64,000 bases of DNA, taken from positions 6,500 through 70,499 of the forward strand of contig DAHWNZ010000006.1 of the NCBI GenBank assembly GCA_027339635.1, read 5' to 3'. Source of the DNA: Candidatus Dormiibacterota bacterium (GTDB lineage: Bacteria; Chloroflexota; Dormibacteria; Aeolococcales; Bog-877). Shown in pieces: positions 1 to 10,662 of the stretch. Made by a program: the position numbers and the translations under genes. The notes beneath the pieces were generated by a model that was not told the origin of the DNA, did no database searches, and was given only the letters and a program-made list of their open reading frames with translations. How positions within the stretch are numbered: the stretch's first letter is position 1; every line of letters starts with the position of its first letter.

Positions 1-102
1 AGACTGTAGCGAATGAGGGCGAGCGGAGTCTGACGGAATTGCCCTGTTTGCGGTAACCTGCCGCCGTCACCTCCGAAGGGGGGCGAGATTGAGGAGGCCG
101 CC

Positions 103-1659
103 ATGAGCAGGACAGTCCACGCCGAAATCCCGAGCGCCAAGTCGATCCGCCGGGGCCCGACCCAGGCGGAGCTGCGCGCCTTCACGGCCGCGATGCCGAC
201 GGCCAGGCACACGGCCTACGACAACTACAACGTCCAGACCAAGGTCCTGGCGCGGAGCACCGAGTCCACCTACATTGTCACAGACGATCCAGGCTCCACC
301 TCCAGCAAGACCATCACCAGGGCGGAGGGGCTGAGGGTCAAGGAGCTCCAGGAGCGGCACCTCCTCGACAGGGACGTCTTGGTGGTCGAGGGTTACATCG
401 GCAATGACGAAGACTTTCGGTGCCCCGCGCGGCTGGTGATGGATAGGGCCTGGGCCAACATCGCAGGCATGCAGGACCACCTGCTGTTTCGGGATGAGAC
501 GGTGGGTGAGGACTTCGAACCCTGGTTCACAGTCATCTACACCCCCGGGCTCATTGCGGAGGGCTACCCCAAGGACCGGCTGATCGCGGTGGACCTTGAG
601 GAGGGGGTGACCCGGGTCCTCAACTCGGACTACTTCGGAGAGTCGAAGAAGGGGCTCCTCAGGATGTGGAACCGCCTCGTGTACGAGCGTGGCGGACTGG
701 CTCTCCATGCGGGCTGCAAGGTGATCCCCACCGCCAACGGTGAGCGCACCATACTCATCGTCGGGCTGTCGGGGACCGGCAAGACGACCACCACGTTCAC
801 CCGCCAGAACGACAGCAAGCCAGTTCAGGACGACTTCGTTGCCCTGATGCCGGGCGGGCGCGTCTACGGCACAGAGAATGGCTGCTTCGCGAAGACGTAC
901 GCGCTCAGCGCCGAGGATGAACCCACGATCCACGCCGCGGTCACCTCCCCGGTCGCCTACCTGGAGAACGTCTCCCAGCACGAGGCCGATGGACCCGTCG
1001 ACTTCTTCGACGAGAGCTACACCCAGAATGGCAGGGCGGTGTTCCCCATGAGCGCTTTGGGCTGGTCCAGGGATGCCCGCGACGCGCCAGCGGTCTCCGC
1101 GCTCCTGATTCTCAACCGCAACGATGGGATAATTCCGGCCGTCGCCCGCCTCTCGGTGGATCAAGCGGCCGCGTACTTCATGCTCGGTGAGACCAAAGGG
1201 ACGGCGGCGGGAGGCGCCGCGGAAGCCGGCAGGTCCCTGCGCGTGCCCGGCACCAATCCCTTCTTTCCCCTGCTCCATGCGCAGCAGGGCAACCGCTTCC
1301 TGGACCTGCACCGCAGCGGCCAGTTTGAGGTGTTCTTGCTCAACACGGGCGGCGTGGGAGGGGACGAGAAGGCGCCTCACGCCAAGAAGGTGAGGATCGC
1401 CGACTCCTCCGCGGTGGTCAAGGCGATCGCCGAGGGCACGATCACCTGGGAGATCGATCCCGACTTCTCCTACGAGGTGGCGACCCGGGTGCCGGGCGTT
1501 GACGACCCGGAACTGCTGAGGCCGCGGCTGCTCTACGAGCGCCAGGGCCGGATGGACGAGTACCGCTCCATCGTGAGCCGACTGGCGAAGGAGCGCCGGG
1601 AGTACCTGGAGAGCTTCCCCGGGCTCGATCCCCTCCTGCTGCAGGCGATGGAGCGGTGA
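103..1659 (+). CDS. pckA: Phosphoenolpyruvate carboxykinase (ATP)
   Basis: 518-aa ORF; ATP-PEPCK kinase-1a motif GLSGTGKTT; GGAGG SD 6-8 nt upstream of ATG. Confidence 0.9.
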   Translation: MSRTVHAEIPSAKSIRRGPTQAELRAFTAAMPTARHTAYDNYNVQTKVLARSTESTYIVTDDPGSTSSKTITRAEGLRVKELQERHLLDRDVLVVEGYIGNDEDFRCPARLVMDRAWANIAGMQDHLLFRDETVGEDFEPWFTVIYTPGLIAEGYPKDRLIAVDLEEGVTRVLNSDYFGESKKGLLRMWNRLVYERGGLALHAGCKVIPTANGERTILIVGLSGTGKTTTTFTRQNDSKPVQDDFVALMPGGRVYGTENGCFAKTYALSAEDEPTIHAAVTSPVAYLENVSQHEADGPVDFFDESYTQNGRAVFPMSALGWSRDARDAPAVSALLILNRNDGIIPAVARLSVDQAAAYFMLGETKGTAAGGAAEAGRSLRVPGTNPFFPLLHAQQGNRFLDLHRSGQFEVFLLNTGGVGGDEKAPHAKKVRIADSSAVVKAIAEGTITWEIDPDFSYEVATRVPGVDDPELLRPRLLYERQGRMDEYRSIVSRLAKERREYLESFPGLDPLLLQAMER

Positions 1660-2228
1660 TGAGCGGTCTTCATCCTGGATCCTTGAGCGCCCTGGTCGTG
1701 ATCGACGTGCAGAGGGGATTCGACGCCCCAGCCTGGGGCCAGCGCAACAACCTGTCCTGCGAGGACAATGTCGCCACCCTCATCTCAGCCTATCGCCGGG
1801 CCGGCCAGCGGACAGTGTTCGTGCGCCACGACTCACGGGCGGCGAATTCGCCGCTGGCACCTGGAACTCCCGGCAACCGGTTCAAGGAGGTCGTCTCGGG
1901 TGAGCCGGATCTGTTGATCACCAAGCATGTCCACTCCGCTTTCTACGGCACCCCAGACCTGGACCGCTGGCTACAGGAACAGGGGATCCAGACCATCGCC
2001 ATCTGTGGAATCGCCACCGACCACTGCTGCGAGACCACTGCCCGCATGGCGGGGGACCTCGGTTACGACACCCTCTTCGTGCTGGACGCGACCCACACCT
2101 TTGATCGTGCCGCGCCCGGAGGCGAGGTGCTCTCCGGAGATCTCATCGCCAGGGCGGCCGCCGCCAGCCTGGATGGCGAGTTCGCCAGGGTGGTCACCAC
2201 AGAGCAGGTCTTGGAGCGACTCTCCTGA
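1656..2228 (+). CDS. Isochorismatase-family cysteine hydrolase
   Basis: 190-aa ORF; 4-nt overlap (ATGA) with pckA stop; isochorismatase-like D...K...C context (VIDVQRGF, ICGIATDHC). Confidence 0.75.
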   Translation: MMSGLHPGSLSALVVIDVQRGFDAPAWGQRNNLSCEDNVATLISAYRRAGQRTVFVRHDSRAANSPLAPGTPGNRFKEVVSGEPDLLITKHVHSAFYGTPDLDRWLQEQGIQTIAICGIATDHCCETTARMAGDLGYDTLFVLDATHTFDRAAPGGEVLSGDLIARAAAASLDGEFARVVTTEQVLERLS

Positions 2229-2287
2229 GTGTTTCCACCCAACCCCTGTCAAACTGAGGGGATGAGAACATCCCGGCGGAAGAGCCG

Positions 2288-2845
2288 GTGAGCGGGGAGC
2301 TCTTCGCGCGCCCCAGCAAGCAGGAGTACCTGATGCTGCTGGCGCTGGCTGCCAGGACCAGGGCTGACTGTCTCGGACGCCGGGTGGGCGCGGTCGTGGT
2401 GCGTGATGACCGGGTGCTGAGCACGGGCTACAACGGCACCCCCATAGGCATGCCCAACTGCTCGGAGGGCGGCTGCCACCGTTGCGCCCACCGGGCGACC
2501 GACAGATATCCAGAGGGCCGGGCCTACGACCTCTGCGTCTGCGTTCACGCGGAGCAGAACGCACTTCTCGCCGCCGCCAGGTTCGGTCAATCGACTTTGG
2601 GAGCAACCCTCCACACCACGATGCGGCCATGCTTCGGATGTCTGAAGGAGGCCCTGCAGGCAGGGATCATCGCGGTGCACTACATGACGGACTGGTCGGC
2701 CATGGACGGTGACGACCGGGAGGCGCTGGACACCCAGTACGCCAGCCTGCGCTCCCGCTTTCAGGAGTTTCAACGAGTCGAGGCACCCCGGGCGGCTTCG
2801 ACGCCGCTGCTGGCATCTTCTCTCCAAGAGGGAGGGGCATCTTGA
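2288..2845 (+). CDS. dCMP/cytidine deaminase family zinc-binding protein
   Basis: HAEQNAL and PCFGC zinc-ligand motifs of the CDA fold. Confidence 0.8.
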   Translation: MSGELFARPSKQEYLMLLALAARTRADCLGRRVGAVVVRDDRVLSTGYNGTPIGMPNCSEGGCHRCAHRATDRYPEGRAYDLCVCVHAEQNALLAAARFGQSTLGATLHTTMRPCFGCLKEALQAGIIAVHYMTDWSAMDGDDREALDTQYASLRSRFQEFQRVEAPRAASTPLLASSLQEGGAS

Positions 2846-3411
2846 GCGAAGACGACCGCTGCGAGGCACCGGAGGTGCGCGGCTCCTGGCGCTGCGCCGT
2901 GCTCACCGTGAGCGACTCTGGGGCGGCCGGCCGCCGTGAGGACAGAAGTGGGGATTGGCTCGTGGGACGGCTTCCCGACCTGCCGGCGGCCGTGGTGACT
3001 AGAGGTCTGGTGCCGGATGAGCCTGACCAGATCGAGGCGTGGATCCGGAGGGTGATCGCGGAGGTGCGCCCCGCGCTCCTGGTCTGCACCGGTGGCACCG
3101 GGCTCCATCCCCGGGATCGGACGCCGGAGGCAGTCCTCGCGGTCGGCGACTACCTCATACCGGGCTTCGGCGAGGCGATGCGGCAGGCGGGGCTGCAGCA
3201 CACACCCCATGCCATCCTCTCGCGCCAGGTGGCGGTGGTGGTTGGATCCACTCTGGTGATCGCCCTGCCGGGAGCGGCGCGGGCTACCCAGGAGAGCCTT
3301 GAGGCGGTCTGGCCCGCCCTGCCCCACGCCTTGGAGATGATCGCCGGGCTGCCCAAGGCGAGCACCGATGCCGCTCACTCGGGCCGGGCTTCGGGGCCGG
3401 CATCCCACTAG
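2842..3411 (+). CDS. MogA/MoaB-family molybdopterin adenylyltransferase-like protein
   Basis: GGTG motif (VCTGGTGLHPRD); 4-nt overlap with upstream gene. Confidence 0.75.
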   Translation: MSEDDRCEAPEVRGSWRCAVLTVSDSGAAGRREDRSGDWLVGRLPDLPAAVVTRGLVPDEPDQIEAWIRRVIAEVRPALLVCTGGTGLHPRDRTPEAVLAVGDYLIPGFGEAMRQAGLQHTPHAILSRQVAVVVGSTLVIALPGAARATQESLEAVWPALPHALEMIAGLPKASTDAAHSGRASGPASH

Positions 3412-3420
3412 AATTCACGT

Positions 3421-4116
3421 GTGCCGTACCGTGGCGTCATCTTCGACCTCTACGGCACCCTGATCGACGGTTGGGACAAGGAGCAGGCCAATCGTCGGAC
3501 CCTGGCTCTGGCCCAGGCGCTGGAGGTCCCGGCAGGTCCATTCCAAGCGCTGATGGAAGCCACCTACACCGAGCGAGCGACCGCAGCTCTGGGCGACCTG
3601 CCCGACATGCTACTTCGCCTGTGTCGGCTGGTGGGACACGAGCCCACACCGGCGGCGCTGGCGCGGGCTGAGACCCTTCGCACCGAGCAGTTCCGGGAGG
3701 TTCTGAGCCGGCCGCGAGAGGAGACCCCTTCTCTCCTCGCTACCCTGCGCTCGCGCGAAGTGGGGGTCGGCGTCATCAGCGACTCGTCCTCGGAGACGCC
3801 CTTGATCTGGCCGACCCTGCGCTGGGCCGACCCCGTGCAGGTGGCCCTGTTCTCCTGGACAGAGGGGCGGCGCAAGCCAGCTCCCGAGCTGTACCTCAAA
3901 GCCCTCTCCAGCCTCGAAATGGAACCCAACGAAGTGGTATATGTCGGCGACGGGGGCAGCCATGAGCTAAGCGGAGCGACGGCGGTCGGGCTGCTCGCGC
4001 TCAGGGTCGTCCACCATCCGGACGACCCCGAGGCCCATCTGCAGTACGACCCTGACTCCGCATGGCGTGGCCGGGAGATCGGGACCCTGAGCGAGGTGCT
4101 CTCCCTGTTCGGTTAG
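3421..4116 (+). CDS. HAD-IA hydrolase, L-2-haloacid-dehalogenase-like
   Basis: N-terminal nucleophile motif FDLYGTL (DxYGT as in L-DEX type HADs); C-terminal VGDG motif IV. Confidence 0.75.
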   Translation: MPYRGVIFDLYGTLIDGWDKEQANRRTLALAQALEVPAGPFQALMEATYTERATAALGDLPDMLLRLCRLVGHEPTPAALARAETLRTEQFREVLSRPREETPSLLATLRSREVGVGVISDSSSETPLIWPTLRWADPVQVALFSWTEGRRKPAPELYLKALSSLEMEPNEVVYVGDGGSHELSGATAVGLLALRVVHHPDDPEAHLQYDPDSAWRGREIGTLSEVLSLFG

Positions 4117-4134
4117 CGCCCGGCCGGCTCCTGG

Positions 4135-4848
4135 GTGCGGTGGCCATGGGCGATACTGGGCCCGAGTCAATCGGTGGAGAGCAAGGTGGACAGCAGACCT
4201 GCGGTCGTCACCATCTCATCGGTCTACGGCACACGGGGAGAGTACGTGGGCCGGGAGGTCGCCGCCCGTCTCAACCTGCCCTTTCTCGACCGCGCCATCC
4301 CCGCGACGGTCGCCTCGGAGGTGATGAGCTCCTTTGCGGAGATCAGCTATCGCGAGCACCACCCAGTGCACGGGCTCAGCCAATGGATGAGCTTCTTCTC
4401 ACCTCTGGGCTCGGCCTGGCTCGGCATTCCAGAGCCGCTTGAGCCCTGGCGGAGCGAGCGAGAGTACCTGGATCACACCGAGGCCGTGATGCGCCGGGCG
4501 GCCGGGCGCGGGGTGGTGATCCTGGGCCGCGGGGCCGCGGTCGTGCTCCGCGACCACCCGGCCGCGCTGCACGTCAGGCTGGACGGACCGCCCGCGAAGA
4601 GGCTGGCGCAAGCGCTCAGCCTGGGGGCCGGGGACGAGGCGCAGGCCCGGCGCGCCCAGAAGGAGACCGACTCCGCCCGGCGCCAGTATCTGCAGCACTT
4701 CTACCGGGTTGACGTCAGAGAGCCGAGCCTGTACCACCTGTACCTCGACGCCACGGCGATCCCCACGACCAGCTGCGTGGATCTCATCGTCGCGGCGGCC
4801 TTGGCCCGGGTTGAGGCCTGCGGCCGCCAGGACGGTGAGATGGAGTAG
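4135..4848 (+). CDS. Cytidylate kinase-like family protein (true start may be downstream)
   Basis: ISSVYGTRGEYVGREVAARLNLPFLDRAI resembles cytidylate-kinase-like family N-terminus. Confidence 0.6.
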   Translation: MRWPWAILGPSQSVESKVDSRPAVVTISSVYGTRGEYVGREVAARLNLPFLDRAIPATVASEVMSSFAEISYREHHPVHGLSQWMSFFSPLGSAWLGIPEPLEPWRSEREYLDHTEAVMRRAAGRGVVILGRGAAVVLRDHPAALHVRLDGPPAKRLAQALSLGAGDEAQARRAQKETDSARRQYLQHFYRVDVREPSLYHLYLDATAIPTTSCVDLIVAAALARVEACGRQDGEME

Positions 4849-5023
4849 CCGGCGCCGGGACGGCCTAACGTCCGTGGTCGAAGCGGTTGCCAAGCGGAGC
4901 GCGAACGCCCATACTCGGGGCGGCGATCCACTGCCACGCGGTGGGTGCGGCGCCGATGCCGAGGCGATCAACCCGATGACGCATCCTCGCCGCGACTGGC
5001 ACTGGTTGTGAGGGAGGTTGAGG

Positions 5024-5521
5024 ATGACTCAGCGCTTGCGGCTCACGGTCAACGGCTCCCAGAGAGAGGAGGAGGTGGAACCCCGGACGCTGCTGGTCCA
5101 CTTCCTCAGAGAGCGCTGCGGGTTGACCGGCACCCATGTCGGCTGCGACACCAGCCAGTGCGGGGCGTGCACCGTGCTCTGTGACGGAGAGCCGGTGAAG
5201 TCCTGCTCCATGCTGGCACTGCAGGCCGAAGGCATGGCCATAACCACCATCGAGGGGCTCGCCCCGATCGGTGGGATGCATCCGCTGCAGACGGCCTTCT
5301 GGGAGTCCCACGGGCTCCAGTGCGGATTCTGCACCCCCGGATTCATCATGGCGGCCGCGGCCCTGCTGGCCCGGAACCCCGATCCGACCGACGAGGAGAT
5401 CGGCCGAGGGCTGGAGGGCAACCTCTGCCGCTGCACCGGCTACGTGAACATCCGCAAGGCGGTCCGCGCGGCGGCGGCGGCCATCCGCGACGAATCCGCC
5501 CCGGCTTCGATCGGAGGGTAG
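5024..5521 (+). CDS. (2Fe-2S)-binding small subunit of xanthine dehydrogenase/CO dehydrogenase family molybdoenzyme
   Basis: Two Cys clusters ([11 protein letters not shown]; CGFCTPG...CRCTGY); AGGGAGG SD 6 nt before ATG 5024 (the ORF-track start at 5018 is TTG). Confidence 0.85.
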   Translation: MTQRLRLTVNGSQREEEVEPRTLLVHFLRERCGLTGTHVGCDTSQCGACTVLCDGEPVKSCSMLALQAEGMAITTIEGLAPIGGMHPLQTAFWESHGLQCGFCTPGFIMAAAALLARNPDPTDEEIGRGLEGNLCRCTGYVNIRKAVRAAAAAIRDESAPASIGG

Positions 5522-5525
5522 GCAG

Positions 5526-7871
5526 ATGGCAGTGAGTCAGCTCATCGGATCGCGCGTGCAGCGGCGCGAGGACCCCCGCCTCATCACCGGCCACGGCCGC
5601 TACATAGAGGACCGCAACCCCGCCGGCCTGCTGCATCTGGCGGTCGTCCGCAGCCCGCACGCCCATGCCCGAATACTGTCCATCGACGGGTCCCAGGCGG
5701 CAGCCCTCAAGGGTGTCCTGGCGGTATTGGTGGCCAAGGACTTCCGCGCCCAACTGCAGGGGGCGATGCCGGTCACCCCGAGCTTCGTCCCAGAGAAGAA
5801 ATACGTGCCGGAACGCTTCCCGATCGCGGAGCGGGAGGTCTGCTTCCAGGGAGAGCCGGTCGCGGTGGTGGTGGCCGAGAGCAGGCAGCTGGCGGCCGAC
5901 GCCGCCGACCTGGTGACGGTCGAGTACTCGCCCCTTCCGGCCGTGGTGGACCCCGAGGCTGCGCTGGTGGCCCGGAGCCCTCTGACCCACAGCGATGGGC
6001 CCGACAACATCGGGTGGGACATGACCTTCGCCGGAGGCGACATCGAGGCGGCGTTCGCCAGGGCCGAGGTGCGGGTGACCGGACGGATCCTCCAGCAACG
6101 CCTGGCGCCGACGCCGATGGAACCGCGTGGGGTGCTGGCCGACTACTCGACCTACGACCACACCCTCACCATCTGGTTGAGCAGCCAGAATCCTCACTTC
6201 ATCCGTCTTTTCATCTCGGGCGCCATGGGTTTGCCCGAGAGCCGGGTGCGGGTGGTGTCAGAGGACGTCGGGGGAGGCTTTGGCAGCAAGATCAGTCCCT
6301 ACCCCGAGGACTATCTGGTGCCCGCCGCGTCCCGCCTGTTGGGACGGCCGGTGCGCTGGATCGAGACCAGGACGGAGAGCGTCCTCACCAGCTACCACGG
6401 TCGCGGCCAGGTCTTCACCGCCGAGGCCGCGGCACTTCGGGATGGCACCTTGCTGGGCCTGCGGCTGACCCAGATCCTGGACCTTGGCGCCTACCACGGC
6501 ACGTTCGGAGCGTTCCAGGCCTGCGCCTGCCTCATGGCGGGAGGAGTCTACCGCTGGGAGGCCGTGCACGCACGGACCGTGGGAGTCCTCACCAACAAGG
6601 TGCCCACCGACCCATATCGCGGAGCCGGGCGCCCGGAGGGCACCCACCTTTGCGAGCGGATGGTCGACCTTGTGGCCCAGGAGATCGGAATGGACCCGGC
6701 GGAGGTGCGCCGTAAGAACTTCGCTCGGGAGTTCCCCTTCGTCAACAACTTCGGCCTGACCTACGACTCCGGAAACTACGACGGCTCACTCGACCGCGCC
6801 ATGGAGCTCGTGGACTACCAGGGCTGGCGACAACGCCAGGAGGAGGCAAGAAAGGAGGGCCGCCTCATCGGGATTGGGCTCTCGACATGGGTGGAGATCT
6901 GCGGCTTTGGCCCCAGCGAGGCGACCGCAGCCGCCACCGGGGGCATCTCGCTGGTGGAGGCTGCCCAGATCCGCTTTCTGCCGTCGGGCTCAGTCGCGGC
7001 CTACGTCGGCACCCACTCTCACGGACAGGGACACGACACCACCTTCGCCCAGATCGTGGCCGACACCCTGGGCCTTCCCCTGGACATGGTGGAGCTGCGC
7101 CATGGGGATACCGCCGAGGGCCCGTCATTCGGATACGGGACCTACGGCAGCCGCAGCCTCTCCGTGGGCGGCATGGCGCTGCACAAGGCGGCCCTGGTGG
7201 TGCGCGAGAAGGCGAAGAGGCTGGCGGCGCACATGCTTGAGGTCTCCGCGGAAGACCTCGTGTTCGAGCAGGGAGCTTTTCAGGTCCGCGGCGACCCGCG
7301 GGCACACAAGACGATTCAGGAGGTGGCCCTGGCGGCCTACGGGCCGGGATTGCCCGAAGGTATGGAGCAGGGGCTGGAGGCGGTGAGCTACTTCGACCCG
7401 CCGAACTTCGTCTGGCCCTTCGGAGCCCACATCTGCGTGGCCGAGGTGGATCGGGAGACCGGGACGACCCAGATCCTGAAGTACGTGGCGGTGGACGATT
7501 GCGGGAACGTGATCAATCCGATGATCGTGGAGGGTCAGTTGCACGGGGGCATAGCCCAGGGCATGGCCCAGGCACTATTCGAAGAGGTGGCGTACGACCT
7601 GGACTCGGGCCAGCTCCTCACGGGATCTCTGACCGACTACCTGATCCCGACGATGAACGAGATTCCGGAGTTGACCCTCGACCGCACGGTCACCCCGAGT
7701 CCCACCAACCCCCTGGGGGTCAAGGGTATCGGCGAGGCCGGGACGATCGCGTCGTCGGCCGCTGTCATCAATGCGATCAGCGACGCATTGAGCCCGCTCG
7801 GCATCCACCACGTGGACATGCCCGCGAGCCCAGCCAGGATCTGGAAGATGATTCAGGAGGCGGAGTCGTGA
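5526..7871 (+). CDS. Molybdopterin-binding large subunit (xanthine dehydrogenase family, form-II-like active-site loop PYRGAGR)
   Basis: 781-aa ORF; PYRGAGRPEG loop; follows the small subunit by 4 nt. Confidence 0.85.
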   Translation: MAVSQLIGSRVQRREDPRLITGHGRYIEDRNPAGLLHLAVVRSPHAHARILSIDGSQAAALKGVLAVLVAKDFRAQLQGAMPVTPSFVPEKKYVPERFPIAEREVCFQGEPVAVVVAESRQLAADAADLVTVEYSPLPAVVDPEAALVARSPLTHSDGPDNIGWDMTFAGGDIEAAFARAEVRVTGRILQQRLAPTPMEPRGVLADYSTYDHTLTIWLSSQNPHFIRLFISGAMGLPESRVRVVSEDVGGGFGSKISPYPEDYLVPAASRLLGRPVRWIETRTESVLTSYHGRGQVFTAEAAALRDGTLLGLRLTQILDLGAYHGTFGAFQACACLMAGGVYRWEAVHARTVGVLTNKVPTDPYRGAGRPEGTHLCERMVDLVAQEIGMDPAEVRRKNFAREFPFVNNFGLTYDSGNYDGSLDRAMELVDYQGWRQRQEEARKEGRLIGIGLSTWVEICGFGPSEATAAATGGISLVEAAQIRFLPSGSVAAYVGTHSHGQGHDTTFAQIVADTLGLPLDMVELRHGDTAEGPSFGYGTYGSRSLSVGGMALHKAALVVREKAKRLAAHMLEVSAEDLVFEQGAFQVRGDPRAHKTIQEVALAAYGPGLPEGMEQGLEAVSYFDPPNFVWPFGAHICVAEVDRETGTTQILKYVAVDDCGNVINPMIVEGQLHGGIAQGMAQALFEEVAYDLDSGQLLTGSLTDYLIPTMNEIPELTLDRTVTPSPTNPLGVKGIGEAGTIASSAAVINAISDALSPLGIHHVDMPASPARIWKMIQEAES

Positions 7872-8674
7872 TTCCTGCGGCCTTCGAGTATTCCAGGGCC
7901 ACGTCGGTGGCCGACGCGGTTTCTCAGCTGAGGTCGGGTGGACCGGAGGCCAAGGTCATCGCGGGGGGCCAGAGCCTGCTCCCCATGATGCGGCTGCGGC
8001 TGGCGCAGCCGCCCCATCTGGTCGACGTCAACCACATCCGCGAACTCGACCACATCACGATCAAGGACGGCCGCCTCCGGGTCGGGGGGCTGACACGCCA
8101 CGCCACCCTGGTCACGTCGGATGTGGTGCGGGCCAACCTGCCGCTTCTAGCGGAGATGGCCTCCGAGGTCGGTGACCCCCAGGTGCGGACCCGAGGCACG
8201 CTGGGCGGCGTGATGGCCCACGCCGACGCGGCCGGGGACTACCCGACCATAGCCGTCATGCTCGACGCCACCATCGTCACCGACCGGCGCGAGATTCCCG
8301 CTAGGGACTTCTTCCAGCATCTGTTCACGACGGCCCTGGAGCCCGACGAGCTGGTCTGCGAGGTTGTGTTCCCCCTAGCGACCGGCCCGCATCGCTACCT
8401 GAAGTTCCGCCGCCGTCTATTCGATTGGGCGATCGTGGCGGTAGGGGTCCAGTTGACCGATAGCGGATGGCGGGTTGGCATCACCCACGCGGCGCCTACC
8501 GCAACCAGAGCCCACTCGGTTGAGGAGGCCCTGCGCTCCGGCGCGGACTTTCACGAGGCGGCCAGGCGGGCCGCCGATGGGCTCCACCCGAGCAGCGACG
8601 TCCATGCCTCGTCCGAGTACCGGCTGCACCTGGCCGAGGTGCTGACCAGACGAGCGCTGGAACAGGCGGCCTGA
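7868..8674 (+). CDS. FAD-binding medium subunit (CoxM/CutM-like)
   Basis: GTG start overlapping large-subunit stop (GTGA); AGGQSLLPMMRLR FAD-binding motif; the longer ORF-track N-extension lies inside the large-subunit gene and is rejected. Confidence 0.8.
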   Translation: MIPAAFEYSRATSVADAVSQLRSGGPEAKVIAGGQSLLPMMRLRLAQPPHLVDVNHIRELDHITIKDGRLRVGGLTRHATLVTSDVVRANLPLLAEMASEVGDPQVRTRGTLGGVMAHADAAGDYPTIAVMLDATIVTDRREIPARDFFQHLFTTALEPDELVCEVVFPLATGPHRYLKFRRRLFDWAIVAVGVQLTDSGWRVGITHAAPTATRAHSVEEALRSGADFHEAARRAADGLHPSSDVHASSEYRLHLAEVLTRRALEQAA

Positions 8675-8707
8675 GGTGATGAGCGCCCTCTTACACGCCG
8701 CCATCCC

Positions 8708-9274
8708 TTGATCCCGGCGCTGGCGAGTGCCACGATATCCGGGCCCCCGGTCTCGGCCGTGGGCAGTCTGGCGCTCGGGCTTGCGGTACTGGCACTCCTG
8801 CTCTACCGCCAACTACGCCCCCGCGGGGTCCGCACGAGTCCCATCCTGCCGGTGGTGCTGCTGGTGCTCGGTCTGGCCGAGCTTGACGGGTTCGCCGCCA
8901 AACACCCGCTGACGCCGCTGGAGAGCGGGCTCTTGGCCATGAGCCTGATCGTGTTCGCGATCGGGTTGGCCGGCGTGCGCGCGTTCACGGTCCGTATCTT
9001 CCTGGAGGGCGGTCGGCTGATGCGCCAGGGGACCTGGGTGACTGTCGCCATCTGGCTGGTGGCCGTTGGTTTGCACCTGGGGGTTGACGCGGTCAACGGG
9101 GTCGGTGAGGCTAGCCTGCTTCTCTACCTGGGCCTGGCCCTGGGCACCCAGCAGCTGGTGGTGCAGTGGCGGGCACGGCAGCTGGTCCGAACCTGGGCCG
9201 TCTCGGTACCCACCGGAGTGGTGAAGGAAGAGTTGGCACGCGATTCTGCCGCAGGGAGCACGGACGAGGGCTGA
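8708..9274 (+). CDS. Hypothetical membrane protein (4-5 TM)
   Basis: Hydrophobic 188-aa ORF directly downstream of the molybdoenzyme genes. Confidence 0.5.
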   Translation: MIPALASATISGPPVSAVGSLALGLAVLALLLYRQLRPRGVRTSPILPVVLLVLGLAELDGFAAKHPLTPLESGLLAMSLIVFAIGLAGVRAFTVRIFLEGGRLMRQGTWVTVAIWLVAVGLHLGVDAVNGVGEASLLLYLGLALGTQQLVVQWRARQLVRTWAVSVPTGVVKEELARDSAAGSTDEG

Positions 9275-9428
9275 GCGCATCGCATCGGCTCCTTCACCCG
9301 TGTGCGGGGCACCTCCGGCCGTCGGCCCGGCGGAGCATCCTCACGCCATGAGCGGTAGGTCGAGCCTGCGATTGCCGGACAGCCGCCAGCCCCGGGTTCC
9401 GGCCTGGGGCTGGCGCGCCCAAACCCGG

Positions 9429-10661
9429 TCAGGACGCGGGTTCGGGGTCCGCCTCCAAGATCGGGCTCAGCTCGGGACGGGTGAACAGATAGCCTGAGGC
9501 GGCAGCGCAGACAGCCCCAACCGCAAGCAGGCAGGGCACGTACCCGATCGTCGCGACCAGCAGGGCCCCGATCGCAATCGAGATGGTCTGGAACCCGCCC
9601 AGGAGCAGTCCATACGCGGCATCCACCCGCCCCTGCAGTTGAAGTGGGGTACGGCGCTGAATCAGGGTCGCGGAGCCGACGATGAGCCAAGGGAGGGAGC
9701 AACCGGCCAGGATGCTGCCGCAGACCACGACCGCCATGGGCAGTGCTCCCGCGGAAAATGCGGGGACGATGCAGATGCCGGCACCTAGAGCCAGCAGCAT
9801 GATCCCGATGGCGGTCAGCCGGGTTTCCAGGATCCGCCGCATCAGGGGCGCTGCCGAGAGGCCGCCGGCGACCGCGCCCGCACCCTGGATGGAGATCAGA
9901 ACGCCCACGAAGGCCGCCGGGCGGTGCAACCCTGCGGTGACGACCCCGAAGAAGGCGGTCTCGAGAAACCCCACCACGCCCATCACCAGCACCAGCGCGA
10001 TCATGATCCGTCGCAGGGGTAGGGTCGACCATACGTGGCGGTACCCGGCGGCCGCGTCGGCGAGCCAGTGCTGCTGAGTCGGGACGAGGACGGGCTCCTT
10101 CACCTGCAGCCATAGGAGCGTGACGACTGCCACTGCAAACGTGCCCGCGTCGAGCTCGGCGACCACCGCTCCACCGGCCAGGGTGAATAGCCCTGCCCCC
10201 ACGAGCGGAGTGACCAGTCTCAGGCCCTCCGCCATCGTGTTGAGAAAGCCATTGGCATCACCGAGCAGCTCCGACGGCACGATGGTGACCATCAGAGCGG
10301 ACTTGGCGGCGCTGATGAAGGTGGCTATGGTCCCGTAGGCGAACATGACCAGCCAGATGAGCCACACCTGCTCGCGACCGTGCACCAGGACCAGCAGCAG
10401 CACCACCAGTGCGCCGGCTATGTCGCAGGCGATCAGCAGCGGCTTGCGCCGGACCCTGTCCGCCACCAGCCCGGCCAAGGGCGAGACGACCATCTGTGGC
10501 AACGCGAAGAAGAAGAAGGTCAACCCTGCTTCGGAGTTGCTGCCCGTCAGGACCCTGACCCAGATCCCGGCGGCAAGGAACAAGAATCTGTCGCCAAAGG
10601 TGGAAAGGACCGACTGGAACAGATAAGTTCGGGAGATTCGGTCGCGCAGGAGACGGCCCAT
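9429..10661 (-). CDS. MFS transporter
   Basis: 12-TM hydrophobic profile; start placed at ATG 10659-10661 (MGRLLRD), 1 nt after the ArsR stop; longer ORF-track extension rejected. Confidence 0.8.
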   Translation of the reverse strand: MGRLLRDRISRTYLFQSVLSTFGDRFLFLAAGIWVRVLTGSNSEAGLTFFFFALPQMVVSPLAGLVADRVRRKPLLIACDIAGALVVLLLVLVHGREQVWLIWLVMFAYGTIATFISAAKSALMVTIVPSELLGDANGFLNTMAEGLRLVTPLVGAGLFTLAGGAVVAELDAGTFAVAVVTLLWLQVKEPVLVPTQQHWLADAAAGYRHVWSTLPLRRIMIALVLVMGVVGFLETAFFGVVTAGLHRPAAFVGVLISIQGAGAVAGGLSAAPLMRRILETRLTAIGIMLLALGAGICIVPAFSAGALPMAVVVCGSILAGCSLPWLIVGSATLIQRRTPLQLQGRVDAAYGLLLGGFQTISIAIGALLVATIGYVPCLLAVGAVCAAASGYLFTRPELSPILEADPEPAS

Positions 10662-10662
10662 T

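Noticed and set aside
67-1380. 437-aa minus-strand ORF antisense to pckA (and similar long antisense ORFs at 5346..6197, 9124..10113, 30970..33567, 33522..35543, 40425..40946, 42842..43804, 44309..45769, 51581..52021)
   Set aside because: They lie entirely opposite well-supported conserved genes, have low-complexity Arg/Pro/Gly-rich translations, and are the usual stop-codon-poor shadow frames of high-GC DNA.
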